Made by a program: the position numbers and the translations under genes
The notes under the pieces: model-generated
The model's input: the letters and a program-made list of their open reading frames with translations, nothing else
What the model was told of the DNA's origin: nothing
Database searches by the model: none
Part shown: in pieces, positions 1 to 8,377 of the stretch
Numbering within the stretch: position 1 is the first letter of the stretch
Layout of the letters: every line of letters begins with the position of its first letter
IMG/VR virus record: IMGVR_UViG_3300020219_000001
Strand: one strand, 5' to 3'
DNA from: an uncultured virus (IMG/VR IMGVR_UViG_3300020219_000001)
Taxonomy: Duplodnaviria; Heunggongvirae; Uroviricota; Caudoviricetes
Length of the DNA: 64,000 nt

Positions 1-588
1 GTGAGCACCTCGACCGTCGCGGGAAGATCGGCAGCGACTCGCGACCAGGGCGCAGCACCTCGACCAGGTGAGCGCCGACGGCCGCGACCAGGTGAGCACC
101 TCGACCAGCGACGGCCGCTGATCTTCCGCACCTCGACCAGCGACGGCCGCTGATCTTCCCTCGACCGTCGCGAGCACCTCGACCAGGGCGCAGCACCTCG
201 ACCAGGTGAGCGCCGACCGTCGCGGGAAGATCGGCCGCGACCAGGTGAGCGCCGACGGCCGCTGATCTTCCCTCGACCAGGGCGCAGCACCTCGACCGTC
301 GCGGGAAGATCGGCAGCGACTCGCGAGCGCCGACGGCCGCGACCAGGTGAGCACCTCGACCAGGGCGCAGCACCTCGACCAGCGACGGCCGCTGATCTTC
401 CCTCGACCGTCGCGAGCACCTCGACCAGGGCGCAGCACCTCGACCGTCGCGGGAAGATCGGCAGCGACTCGCGAGCGCCGACGGCCGCGACCAGGGCGCA
501 GCACCTCGACCAGCGACGGCCGCTGATCTTCCCTCGACCGTCGCGGGGGAAGATCGGCAGCAAGCGCCGACGGCCGCGACCAGGGCGC
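1..588. repeat. Modular GC-rich repeat array 1 (runs off the window start)
   Basis: Built from GCACCTCGACC followed by AGGTGA, AGGGCGCA, AGCGACGGCCGCTGATCTTCC or GTCGCGGG(G)AAGATCGGCAGC in variable order; no unique spacers. Confidence 0.95.
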
Positions 589-624
589 AAACGAAAACGG
601 CCGCCGCTAGATGCGACGGCCGTT
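589..624 (-). terminator. Intrinsic terminator closing the 1696-589 cassette
   Basis: Minus strand AACGGCCGTCGC-ATCTA-GCGGCGGCCGTTTTCGTTT, 25 nt after the stop of 649..1188; identical copy at 2171-2206. Confidence 0.8.
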
Positions 625-648
625 GTGCGTTGTTGGTTGCGTTGCGCC

Positions 649-1188
649 CTAGTTAGTGCGATAGATGAAATAATCGCCCGACTCGTTTTCTTCGTGATCG
701 TAGGAAGCCAAGAAATGACCCCTACCATCGGTACTGGTCGCCGATTTGACAAAATCGTCAAAGCCGCACGTTCCCTTAATGATGGACATAATCGCATCAT
801 TCGCGCCTTCGCACTTATCGGCAAGCGCCTCAAAGACGGTATCGTCGATACCAGTCTCACCACTGAGAAAGCTGGCATTGAACGCAAAAAGCGACTGTTC
901 GACCTGATCCTTACAAAGCGCATCCGCCTCATCATCGGTGCAGATGAGATATTCGGCGCGACCCTCAGTGATGCGATAACCGGTGCCGCCGTAGTTCTCC
1001 TCAATTTCGACACCATCAGGCGCACCGGAATTGCCGTTCTCAATGTCCCAGAGCAGAAAGGCCGCACGAGCCTTATCTTCGTCATCTTCCGCACTTCCGC
1101 GGATTCCGCGCAGAACGGCCTGGTAGGTGTCACCGGAAAGAACGGAAGAATCGAACAATGTGGTCAAGGCGTCAAAGATGTCACTCAT
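649..1188 (-). CDS. Acidic phage hypothetical protein (179 aa)
   Basis: AGGAG RBS; ends DGRGHFLASYDHEENESGDYFIYRTN; followed by a terminator. Confidence 0.85.
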   Translation of the reverse strand: MSDIFDALTTLFDSSVLSGDTYQAVLRGIRGSAEDDEDKARAAFLLWDIENGNSGAPDGVEIEENYGGTGYRITEGRAEYLICTDDEADALCKDQVEQSLFAFNASFLSGETGIDDTVFEALADKCEGANDAIMSIIKGTCGFDDFVKSATSTDGRGHFLASYDHEENESGDYFIYRTN

Positions 1189-1252
1189 TGCATATCACTC
1201 CTAAGCAGGAACATGAAACCAACCCAGAGAATCGAACCAACCAGCACAGTCG

Positions 1253-1405
1253 TCATTTCGCGACCTCCCACCGGAAAATCGCTGCGACCCACATTCCGCA
1301 AAAAAGCCGCTCGACCTTCACAACCCGCCAACCGTCAAAGGCGGACAATTGCTCACGAACCTCAAATTCCGACTCGCCGAAAAATTCCTTGAAAACGCGC
1401 ACCAT
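1253..1405 (-). CDS. Small hypothetical protein (50 aa, MVRVFKEFFG...)
   Basis: Translated by hand; AGGAGG RBS upstream; below the ORF-track cutoff. Confidence 0.6.
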   Translation of the reverse strand: MVRVFKEFFGESEFEVREQLSAFDGWRVVKVERLFCGMWVAAIFRWEVAK

Positions 1406-1409
1406 TGCA

Positions 1410-1520
1410 TCATCCTCCTAATCCGAAGCGTCGATTGAATCGGATGGTGCGCCACAATGCGTACCACCGTGCTTGAGCGTCATTACCGTTGCGACGTTTG
1501 CGTTTGTACCCGTCCGGCAT
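1410..1520 (-). CDS. Small basic peptide (36 aa, MPDGYKRKRR...)
   Basis: Translated by hand; GGGAG RBS upstream. Confidence 0.5.
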   Translation of the reverse strand: MPDGYKRKRRNGNDAQARWYALWRTIRFNRRFGLGG

Positions 1521-1536
1521 GATCGTTACTCCCGGC

Positions 1537-1620
1537 TTAGAAGGTGCGGACCGCGAAAACCTGCGTTTGCAGGAAGGCCAGAACAATCACTCCAACCATG
1601 AATCCCGTTAAGATCATCAT
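1537..1620 (-). CDS. Small hydrophobic peptide (27 aa, MMILTGFMVGVIVLAFLQ...)
   Basis: Directly follows the conserved CAACGGGAGTCGC leader; single TM-like stretch. Confidence 0.55.
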   Translation of the reverse strand: MMILTGFMVGVIVLAFLQTQVFAVRTF

Positions 1621-1668
1621 TTTGCGACTCCCGTTGTTTGCGTTGCGTTGTTGTTCCCTCGACAATCA

Positions 1669-1696
1669 AACATAGAGCGCATTTAGTTACTTGCAA
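1669..1696 (-). promoter_or_regulatory. Cassette promoter TTGCAA-N16-TATGTT
   Basis: Same geometry as 2516-2543 and 3574-3601; upstream of the conserved leader. Confidence 0.65.
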
Positions 1697-1834
1697 GAAA
1701 CTAGGCGAAAGATTCTAGCTAGATACTACCTAAGTCTATGCGCCGTAAGGAAATAAAACTTCCGAAAAACTTCCTGCGAGCGCCGGAATTGCGACGGAAA
1801 AGCGCCGGAATAACGGCCGCTAGATAGGTGAATG

Positions 1835-2170
1835 GTCGCGAGCACCTCGACCAGCGACGGCCGCTGATCTTCCGCACCTCGACCAGGGCGCAGCACCTCG
1901 ACCGTCGCGGGGAAGATCGGCAGCAAGCGCCGACGGCCGCGACCAGGGCGCAGCACCTCGACCGTCGCGGGAAGATCGGCAGCGACTCGCGACCAGGTGA
2001 GCACCTCGACCAGCGACGGCCGCTGATCTTCCCTCGACTCGCGACCAGGTGAGCGCCGACGGCCGCTGATCTTCCGCACCTCGACCAGGTGAGCACCTCG
2101 ACCAGGGCGCAGCACCTCGACCGTCGCGGGGAAGATCGGCAGCAAGCGCCGACGGCCGCGACCAGGGCGC
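1835..2170. repeat. Modular repeat array 2
   Basis: Same modules as array 1. Confidence 0.95.
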
Positions 2171-2206
2171 AAACGAAAACGGCCGCCGCTAGATGCGACG
2201 GCCGTT
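2171..2206 (-). terminator. Intrinsic terminator
   Basis: Identical to 589-624. Confidence 0.8.
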
Positions 2207-2228
2207 GTGCGTTGTTGTGCGTTGTGCG

Positions 2229-2468
2229 TTATTCGTCCGAATCCTCGCAATCCTCGCAATCCTCGCAATCCTCATCGTCCAGACAATCGTCACCGGTGAG
2301 CGAGTCGATATAGTCGCAATATCCGCGGCAAAGCGCCCGACTCAGTTTGGCGGTATGTTTGACATCTTCCCCCAGATTGATTGCCGGCGGCTTCGGGACA
2401 TCGAACCCGCGAGCGACGGCCGCATTGAAAACTTCCGACATCGTGCGTTCACTGACACCGTCTAACAT
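2229..2468 (-). CDS. Small protein with acidic (DCE)n tail (79 aa)
   Basis: ATG follows the conserved GGGAG leader; the ORF-track extension into the repeat array is spurious. Confidence 0.7.
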   Translation of the reverse strand: MLDGVSERTMSEVFNAAVARGFDVPKPPAINLGEDVKHTAKLSRALCRGYCDYIDSLTGDDCLDDEDCEDCEDCEDSDE

Positions 2469-2515
2469 GGTTGCGACTCCCGTTGTGCGTTGCGTTGATT
2501 CCCTCGACACAATCA

Positions 2516-2543
2516 ACTCTAGGTCGCATCTAGTAACTTGCAA
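2516..2543 (-). promoter_or_regulatory. Cassette promoter TTGCAA-N16-TAGAGT overlapped by a 26-bp palindrome
   Basis: ATCTAGTAACTTGCAAGTTACTAGAT at 2528-2553 is centred on the -35. Confidence 0.7.
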
Positions 2544-2588
2544 GTTACTAGATAAAGAATTCCAAAGATTGCGCATATGCCGGTCGTA

Positions 2589-2812
2589 TCGACCGCGACT
2601 CGCGACCAGGGCGCAGCACCTCGACCAGCGACGGCCGCTGATCTTCCGCACCTCGACCAGGTGAGCACCTCGACCAGGTGAGCACCTCGACCAGGTGAGC
2701 ACCTCGACCAGGTGAGCACCTCGACCAGGTGAGCACCTCGACCAGGGCGCAGCACCTCGACCGTCGCGGGAAGATCGGCAGCAAGCGCCGACGGCCGCGA
2801 CCAGGTGAGCGC
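2589..2812. repeat. Modular repeat array 3
   Basis: Includes five perfect tandem GCACCTCGACCAGGTGA 17-mers at 2648-2732. Confidence 0.95.
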
Positions 2813-2815
2813 ATG

Positions 2816-2846
2816 AAAACGGCCGCCGCATTGAGCGACGGCCGTT
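2816..2846 (-). terminator. Intrinsic terminator, variant loop
   Basis: Same stem as 589-624 with a different loop, followed by TTTT. Confidence 0.75.
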
Positions 2847-2876
2847 GTGCGTTGTTGTGCGTTATGCGTTGTTGCG

Positions 2877-3098
2877 TTACTCTTCCGCGACATCATCGGC
2901 GAATTCAAGCAAGCGCCGTAACTCTTCCCGATTCGCGAGAATGTACTCTGTCAGGCACATATTCGCGCGATGGTGCGCGTGAACACCTAACGCGCGCACC
3001 GCGAATTCATTAACCAGCGACTCGCGATAGTCGATAGCGCGCGCCAGCGTATCGAATTCTTTCCCCTCCGTCACATACACCGTTTTCGTTGTAATCAT
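2877..3098 (-). CDS. Small hypothetical protein (73 aa, MITTKTVYVTEGKEF...)
   Basis: Conserved leader at 3104-3116. Confidence 0.75.
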   Translation of the reverse strand: MITTKTVYVTEGKEFDTLARAIDYRESLVNEFAVRALGVHAHHRANMCLTEYILANREELRRLLEFADDVAEE

Positions 3099-3130
3099 CG
3101 GCCGCGACTCCCGTTGTGCGTTGTGCGTTG

Positions 3131-3271
3131 TTAGTTGGTCAAATCTTCCGCATTCTTGCAAAGCGCCTGCGCGATCTTCAGCGCGTCGCTATGATCTTCA
3201 ATTTCCAGAATCGCGACTCCGTCGCGATAGATGATATAAAATCCGTTGCCTGCGCCTAATTGAATCAACAT
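3131..3271 (-). CDS. Small hypothetical protein (46 aa, MLIQLGAGNGF...)
   Basis: Conserved leader at 3277-3289. Confidence 0.7.
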   Translation of the reverse strand: MLIQLGAGNGFYIIYRDGVAILEIEDHSDALKIAQALCKNAEDLTN

Positions 3272-3348
3272 TGTGAGCGACTCCCGTTGTGCGTTGTTGT
3301 GCGTTGTTGTGCGGCCGGCCGGAAGATCGGCCGGCCGTTGCGTTGTTG

Positions 3349-3531
3349 CTAGATTCCACAAGCTTCAAAAAAGCGCGTTTCGTCGAAAGCGCCATTTTGT
3401 GATTTGAGCGACTGCGCCAGCGCCTTTACCATCTGGACGGCCGCCGCATAGGACATCTCGCCGATGGTGCGCTGATAGTTCAACTCGATTCGCATGGCTT
3501 CGGCAATGGCTTTGTAATTCTTGCGACTCAT
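3349..3531 (-). CDS. Small phage early protein (60 aa)
   Basis: MSRKNYKAIA...FDETRFFEACG pattern resembles a recurrent small phage protein type; conserved leader at 3537-3549. Confidence 0.8.
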   Translation of the reverse strand: MSRKNYKAIAEAMRIELNYQRTIGEMSYAAAVQMVKALAQSLKSQNGAFDETRFFEACGI

Positions 3532-3573
3532 TGTGAGCGACTCCCGTTGCGTTGTTGTTTCCCGAACAATTAA

Positions 3574-3601
3574 ACTCTAGTTCGCTTTTAGTAACTTGCA
3601 A
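3574..3601 (-). promoter_or_regulatory. Cassette promoter TTGCAA-N16-TAGAGT with a 20-bp palindrome
   Basis: TAGTAACTTGCAAGTTACTA at 3589-3608. Confidence 0.7.
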
Positions 3602-3637
3602 GTTACTAGCTAGAAAATAATTGCTAGATAGGTGAAT

Positions 3638-4090
3638 GGTCGCGACCAGGTGAGCGCCGCTGATCGGCCGCGACCAGGTGAGCACCTCGACCAGGGCGCA
3701 GCACCTCGACCAGGGCGCAGCACCGCGACCAGGTGAGCGCCGACGGCCGCTGATCTTCCGCACCTCGACCAGGGCGCAGCACCTCGACCGTCGCGGGGAA
3801 GATCGGCAGCAAGCGCCGACGGCCGCGACCAGGTGAGCACCTCGACCAGCGACGGCCGCTGATCTTCCGCACCTCGACCAGGGCGCAGCACCTCGACCGT
3901 CGCGGGGAAGATCGGCAGCGACTCGCGACCAGGTGAGCGCCGCTGATCTTCCCTCGACCGTCGCGAGCACCTCGACCAGGTGAGCACCTCGACCAGGTGA
4001 GCGCCGCTGAAGATCGGCCGCGACTCGCGACCATGGCGCAGCACCTCGACCAGCGACGGCCGCTGATCTTCCGCACCTCGACCAGGTGAG
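3638..4090. repeat. Modular repeat array 4
   Basis: Same modules as arrays 1-3. Confidence 0.95.
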
Positions 4091-4223
4091 CGCCCGTAGG
4101 TGAGCGCCCGTAGGTGAGCGCCCGTAGGTGAGCGACTAGGCTAAGATCGGCCGCGACTAGGTGAGCTATGCGCCCTAGTTGCTAGCTTGTGCGTTGCTAG
4201 TTGCTAGTTGCTAGTTGCTAGTT
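4084..4223. repeat. Short tandem repeats (AGGTGAGCGCCCGT)x3 and (GCTAGTT)x4
   Basis: Directly visible; the array decays into CTAG-rich sequence. Confidence 0.85.
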
Positions 4224-5270
4224 CCCTCGACCAGGTGAGCTAGTCGCGAGTAGCAAAGCTAGGTGAATGGTCGCGACCAGGAAGCAAAGCTAGGTGAATG
4301 GTAGCCTAGCTAGAATTGACGTAAGTCTAGCAGTCTCAATATGAGACAAGATACATTACTAAGTTAGTGATGATTCGCAAGTCGTTGCTATCAAACGAGT
4401 TACATTGTGGACGCGCGCGTCCACATTCAGCGACTCCCTCGCGCACGGTTAGAGCGCATCTACCACCTGTAGTCATTATGACTACAGTCCTGCCCTACAA
4501 CCGGCACATCCGGCACAACCCCACCCACCCGCACAGGTGATACCATCCACCTATCTAGTGTACATGGTACACCCCACCCAGGTGGCATAGCTACTACAAT
4601 CCCACCCCACCTGTATGGGTAGTGCAGGATGCAGGGGATTCTCTCGTTGTTCGTCAAGAGATTCAGATGTAGTGAATGTAATGATTATGATGTAACATAT
4701 TGATACTACAATACTTACATTCATTAGAATGCACACATTCCTCACCTTCCTCACATTCCTCACAACCGAGGGGGAGGGTCAAATCGGAGCATCCGACCCA
4801 GCCGGTATAACCCCTCCAACCCCCAGCCGTTTCCTCGCGCGGCGCTCCACTCCGCGGGAGGGACCCACGCGGTACGGCGAGCGGGGACAATCACCGCAGG
4901 AACCGCGGCGAATCGGAGCTTCAATCACCGCATGAGCGGGCGGCGCGCGGCGGCCGCGGGCGAATGCGCAGCGGCGTGCGCCCAGAAGCTCGATCCGACC
5001 GGCAAGGCTCTCGATCGTGCGCGATGACGGGAGGTGGATGGTACCGCGTTTGTATCAACGGGGACCCGGTCAAGGAGAGGGGAGGGTCAAACTGGAGGGT
5101 GTCCCAAGGGGACCCACGTGTCAGGAGACGCACGAGGATGGCTCAGGATCGCTTCCGAGCGACACCCTGGTGTGGTGAGACCTATCGAGGCGTTTGAAGC
5201 GATCCTGGAGGCTCACGGGAGCTAAGTGACTTCCAAGTGACTAGGAAGTCACTTGCCGCCGCGTCCGGAG

Positions 5271-5408
5271 AGTTAGGTAGGTAGCGAGTTAAACCAGCCC
5301 GCATCCGTGTGAAGCGATTGAAATGAATTTTCTTCCTATACGTATTATTCATGCAAGCCTACCTACCTACCTACTTTTCAAATCAATAATATAGGGGTGT
5401 ATAACACG
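5271..5408 (+). promoter_or_regulatory. 138-bp TAGG/CCTA iteron element, copy A
   Basis: Colinear with the reverse complement of 58439-58577; function unproven. Confidence 0.6.
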
Positions 5409-5857
5409 CCTCAAGTCCTTATGTGGCAATGACTTACATAACTTTTTGACCAGTCAAAATCTCCGATTTCGGCCGAGGTGGTCAAAAATGTTCCTACCTA
5501 AAATCCCTCTGGTGGGTGGGTCGCGCCGGCAGCCTCACCACCCATCCGTGGGTGGCTAACACTAACGGGTGGTAACACCTATGGGTGGTGCGCACCTACG
5601 GCCAGTCGAACGGCTGGCCGGTCACGCCCGCGGCGTCGGCGTTCTCCAGCCGATCCATGACCTCCTCCTTGCTTGGATAGCCGCGGGCGACCATGAGCGC
5701 CGCCAGGCGGTCCTGGTCGTCGCGTTCGGTCAGGTCCCTGAACTCGACCACTTCCCCTGGCTCCGTCGCGGAATAGGAACTCGACTTCACCAGGGTTCAA
5801 GATCGTGAGCTTCTTAATCATGGCTTTGGTTCTCCAAGGGATTCTACAACACGAAAC

Positions 5858-5885
5858 TTGACTTGCAAGTTTCTTGGTACATACT
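5858..5885 (+). promoter_or_regulatory. Early promoter TTGACT-N16-CATACT, copy 1
   Basis: AGTTTCTTGGTACATACT identical in four intergenic copies. Confidence 0.8.
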
Positions 5886-5921
5886 TGTCTTGTCGGACCA
5901 ACAAGACTTCAGGATAAAACG

Positions 5922-6611
5922 ATGCTCTACGTCACGTATTTGCGGGTTAGCACACAGAAGCAGGGTGAATCGGGCCTGGGCGTGGACGCCCAACGCACGG
6001 CGGTGACCAAGTTCACTGCGGATGGTAGCGTGCTCGCCGAGTTCGTCGAGGTCGAGAGCGGCAAGAAGGCCGCCCGGCCGCAGCTAAAAGCCGCGTTGGC
6101 ACTCTGCCGGCAGCGCGGAGCTACGCTCGTGGTCGCAAAACTCGACCGCCTCGCGCGAAACGTGCTCTTCACGGCCACGCTCATGGAAGCCGGCGTCGAT
6201 TTCATCTGCTGCGACATGCCTTCAGCCACTCGGCTGACGATCCACCTGCTCGCGGCGATCGCCGAGGACGAGGCTCGACGTATCAGCGCCCGTACCAAGG
6301 CTGCTTTGTCGGAATTGAAGGCGAAGGGAGCACAACTTGGCTCCGCGCGGCCGGGCCATTGGGACGGACGAGAGCATCGACGTGGCTGGAACGGCATTCC
6401 CGCTGCTCGCAAGCTCGCAATGAAGCGAGAAAAGTTGAATCTGAGCTACGCCGAGTCACTTCCCGTGATCCGGGTGCTGAAAGAACGTGCTGCCACCTAC
6501 TTGGAGATCGCTTCGGCGCTCAACGCCCAGGGCATCAAGACACCACGAGGTCACATCTTTACCGCCAGTGCCGTTTGTGAGGTCATCCAACGTCTCGAAG
6601 CCGTTGCCTAA
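5922..6611 (+). CDS. Serine recombinase (resolvase/invertase family)
   Basis: YLRVSTQKQ catalytic Ser motif, ESG..RPQL, AKLDRLAR, E...IS.RTKAAL, short C-terminal helical domain. Confidence 0.93.
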   Translation: MLYVTYLRVSTQKQGESGLGVDAQRTAVTKFTADGSVLAEFVEVESGKKAARPQLKAALALCRQRGATLVVAKLDRLARNVLFTATLMEAGVDFICCDMPSATRLTIHLLAAIAEDEARRISARTKAALSELKAKGAQLGSARPGHWDGREHRRGWNGIPAARKLAMKREKLNLSYAESLPVIRVLKERAATYLEIASALNAQGIKTPRGHIFTASAVCEVIQRLEAVA

Positions 6612-6625
6612 GCAAAGAATTCGCG

Positions 6626-6653
6626 TTGACTACCTAGTTTCTTGGTACATACT
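6626..6653 (+). promoter_or_regulatory. Early promoter, copy 2 (likely leaderless transcript)
   Basis: ATG at 6660 lies 6 nt after CATACT; no SD. Confidence 0.8.
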
Positions 6654-6659
6654 AGATAC

Positions 6660-7931
6660 ATGAACAACAACGACGCTACCTACGACATCCCGAAAGCCAA
6701 TCTTCCTGCCCTTCGTGAGCAGTTCGAGAAGATGGTCCGCAAAGCGAACCGTCTCGGCGCGGAAGTGCCGACGTTGAACATCCATGAGGAGTTCCAACAG
6801 GAGCGCGTTTCGCCGTCCGGCGTCAAGTACATGGCGACGTTCTGCAAGGTCTCGATCGTGGGAGAGGCTCCCAAGCTCGCCGGCTGGAGTCTGGTGGCTG
6901 TGATCGAACCGTTGGGCGACGAAGTGATCGTCCGCACTGTCCCGAATGAAGTCTGCCCGGAAGCGTACCGCAAGACGACCTTCCACTGCGATCACTGCTC
7001 CACGCAGCGTCGTCGCAAGGAAGTCTTCGTCCTCCGGCACGACGAAGGTACTCACAAGCAGGTGGGGCGTCAATGCCTTTCCAACTTTCTCGGCGGCCTG
7101 TCGCCGGAGCGTCTGCTGTCCTGGTATTCGTTCTTCTCATCGGCGGAAACGCTGCTCGGCGAAGCCGGCAACGAGGATTGGGGCAGCGCCGGCGAGAAGA
7201 CTTTCAACCTGGAACTGCTGTTGAAGACGACGGCGATCGTCATCCGCAAGCTCGGTTGGCTGAGCGCCACGAAGGCGCGTGAGATCGCGGAGTCCGGCCG
7301 GCCGCAGATGAGCACTCGCGACATCGTCGTGATGGTGTTGAACCCGCGGAGCCGTCACGATCACGAGTTCATCAAGGAAAACGCTCTCGTTCCTGAAGAA
7401 CGGGACGCGGCCGACACCGCGGCGGCCATCGAATGGGCCGCTAAGCTCGAAGGCGGCACGGATTACGAACACAATCTCGGTGCGATCGCTCGTACCGGGT
7501 TCGCCGAATGGAACCAACTCGGGATCGCGGTAAGTTTGCTCCCGAGCTACCTCCGTCACGTCGAGCGACAGGCCGAGTTCGAGCGTGAACGGGCCAACAA
7601 GGTCCGCGGATACGTCGGAACCGTAGGCGAACGCCGCGGATTCGAGAAGCTCACCGTGCTCGGCACCCACAACTTCGATAGCGACTTCGGAGTTCGCACT
7701 CTTGTCCGCTTCGAGGACGAAGTGGGCAACATTCTGACCTGGTGGACCGGTGAGGTCGGTGAATGGCTCGACAAAGGCAACGTCGTGGACGTTACCGGCA
7801 CCGTCAAGAAGCATGACGACTACAAGGGCACCAAGCAGACCGTGCTCACTCGTGTAGCTAAAGGTCTGCCCAAACCCAAAGGAAAGAAGAAATGTGCCAA
7901 CAAGGATGCCCAAAAGGACATCGCGGCGTAA
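6660..7931 (+). CDS. Phage protein with a Zn-binding motif and C-terminal OB-fold-like domain
   Basis: CDHC...VGRQC; C-terminal GNILTWWT...VTGTVKKHDDYKGTKQTVLTRV. Confidence 0.8.
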   Translation: MNNNDATYDIPKANLPALREQFEKMVRKANRLGAEVPTLNIHEEFQQERVSPSGVKYMATFCKVSIVGEAPKLAGWSLVAVIEPLGDEVIVRTVPNEVCPEAYRKTTFHCDHCSTQRRRKEVFVLRHDEGTHKQVGRQCLSNFLGGLSPERLLSWYSFFSSAETLLGEAGNEDWGSAGEKTFNLELLLKTTAIVIRKLGWLSATKAREIAESGRPQMSTRDIVVMVLNPRSRHDHEFIKENALVPEERDAADTAAAIEWAAKLEGGTDYEHNLGAIARTGFAEWNQLGIAVSLLPSYLRHVERQAEFERERANKVRGYVGTVGERRGFEKLTVLGTHNFDSDFGVRTLVRFEDEVGNILTWWTGEVGEWLDKGNVVDVTGTVKKHDDYKGTKQTVLTRVAKGLPKPKGKKKCANKDAQKDIAA

Positions 7932-8377
7932 GTTTCCCGACTCGTGACACGGAACCCGGCAAGTATGGCTGGGCCGTGGCGATCCACGACTCGGCCGGCT
8001 TGCACCTGATGACGTTGACGAGAGCGACTGAGGAGAAGCTCGCAGATCGAGAGGTCGTTCCTGGCAGGTTCTACAACCCTGGAGGACCTCTCGCGTTGCT
8101 CGGCGTCGTGTGGCCGGATGCTCGCATGGTACCGATGAACTCCCCACGCGACGTGTTCAACCCTGTTGGACCGCGGGCGTGGTCGGATGTGATCCTGAAC
8201 GGTCCAGGACCGTGGGGCTTCGAGGTTCACGACTCCGGCGGCCGGCATCTGTTCACGCTCACCGAGAAGTCATGGATCACGCTGGGGTTGTACATCCCCG
8301 CGACCGTCTGGCCGAAGATCAAGCTCGTCATCCTTGACGAGGACGACGACTACTTTCATTCGACGGAGGACATGTAG
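7892..8377 (+). CDS. Hypothetical protein with an internal repeat (start uncertain)
   Basis: IHDSAGLHLMTLT and VHDSGGRHLFTLT. Confidence 0.6.
   Translation: MCQQGCPKGHRGVSFPTRDTEPGKYGWAVAIHDSAGLHLMTLTRATEEKLADREVVPGRFYNPGGPLALLGVVWPDARMVPMNSPRDVFNPVGPRAWSDVILNGPGPWGFEVHDSGGRHLFTLTEKSWITLGLYIPATVWPKIKLVILDEDDDYFHSTEDM

Noticed and set aside
625..1392. 255-aa plus-strand ORF
   Set aside because: Antisense shadow of minus-strand cassette genes that have RBS, promoter and terminator
1719..4076. Long ORFs through the repeat arrays (WSRCSPGRGAHLVEV...)
   Set aside because: Open in several frames because the GC-rich repeats lack stops; no RBS; they cross terminators
1..4090. Repeat arrays as a CRISPR array
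   Set aside because: No unique spacers or fixed period; the modules abut directly; no cas genes in the window
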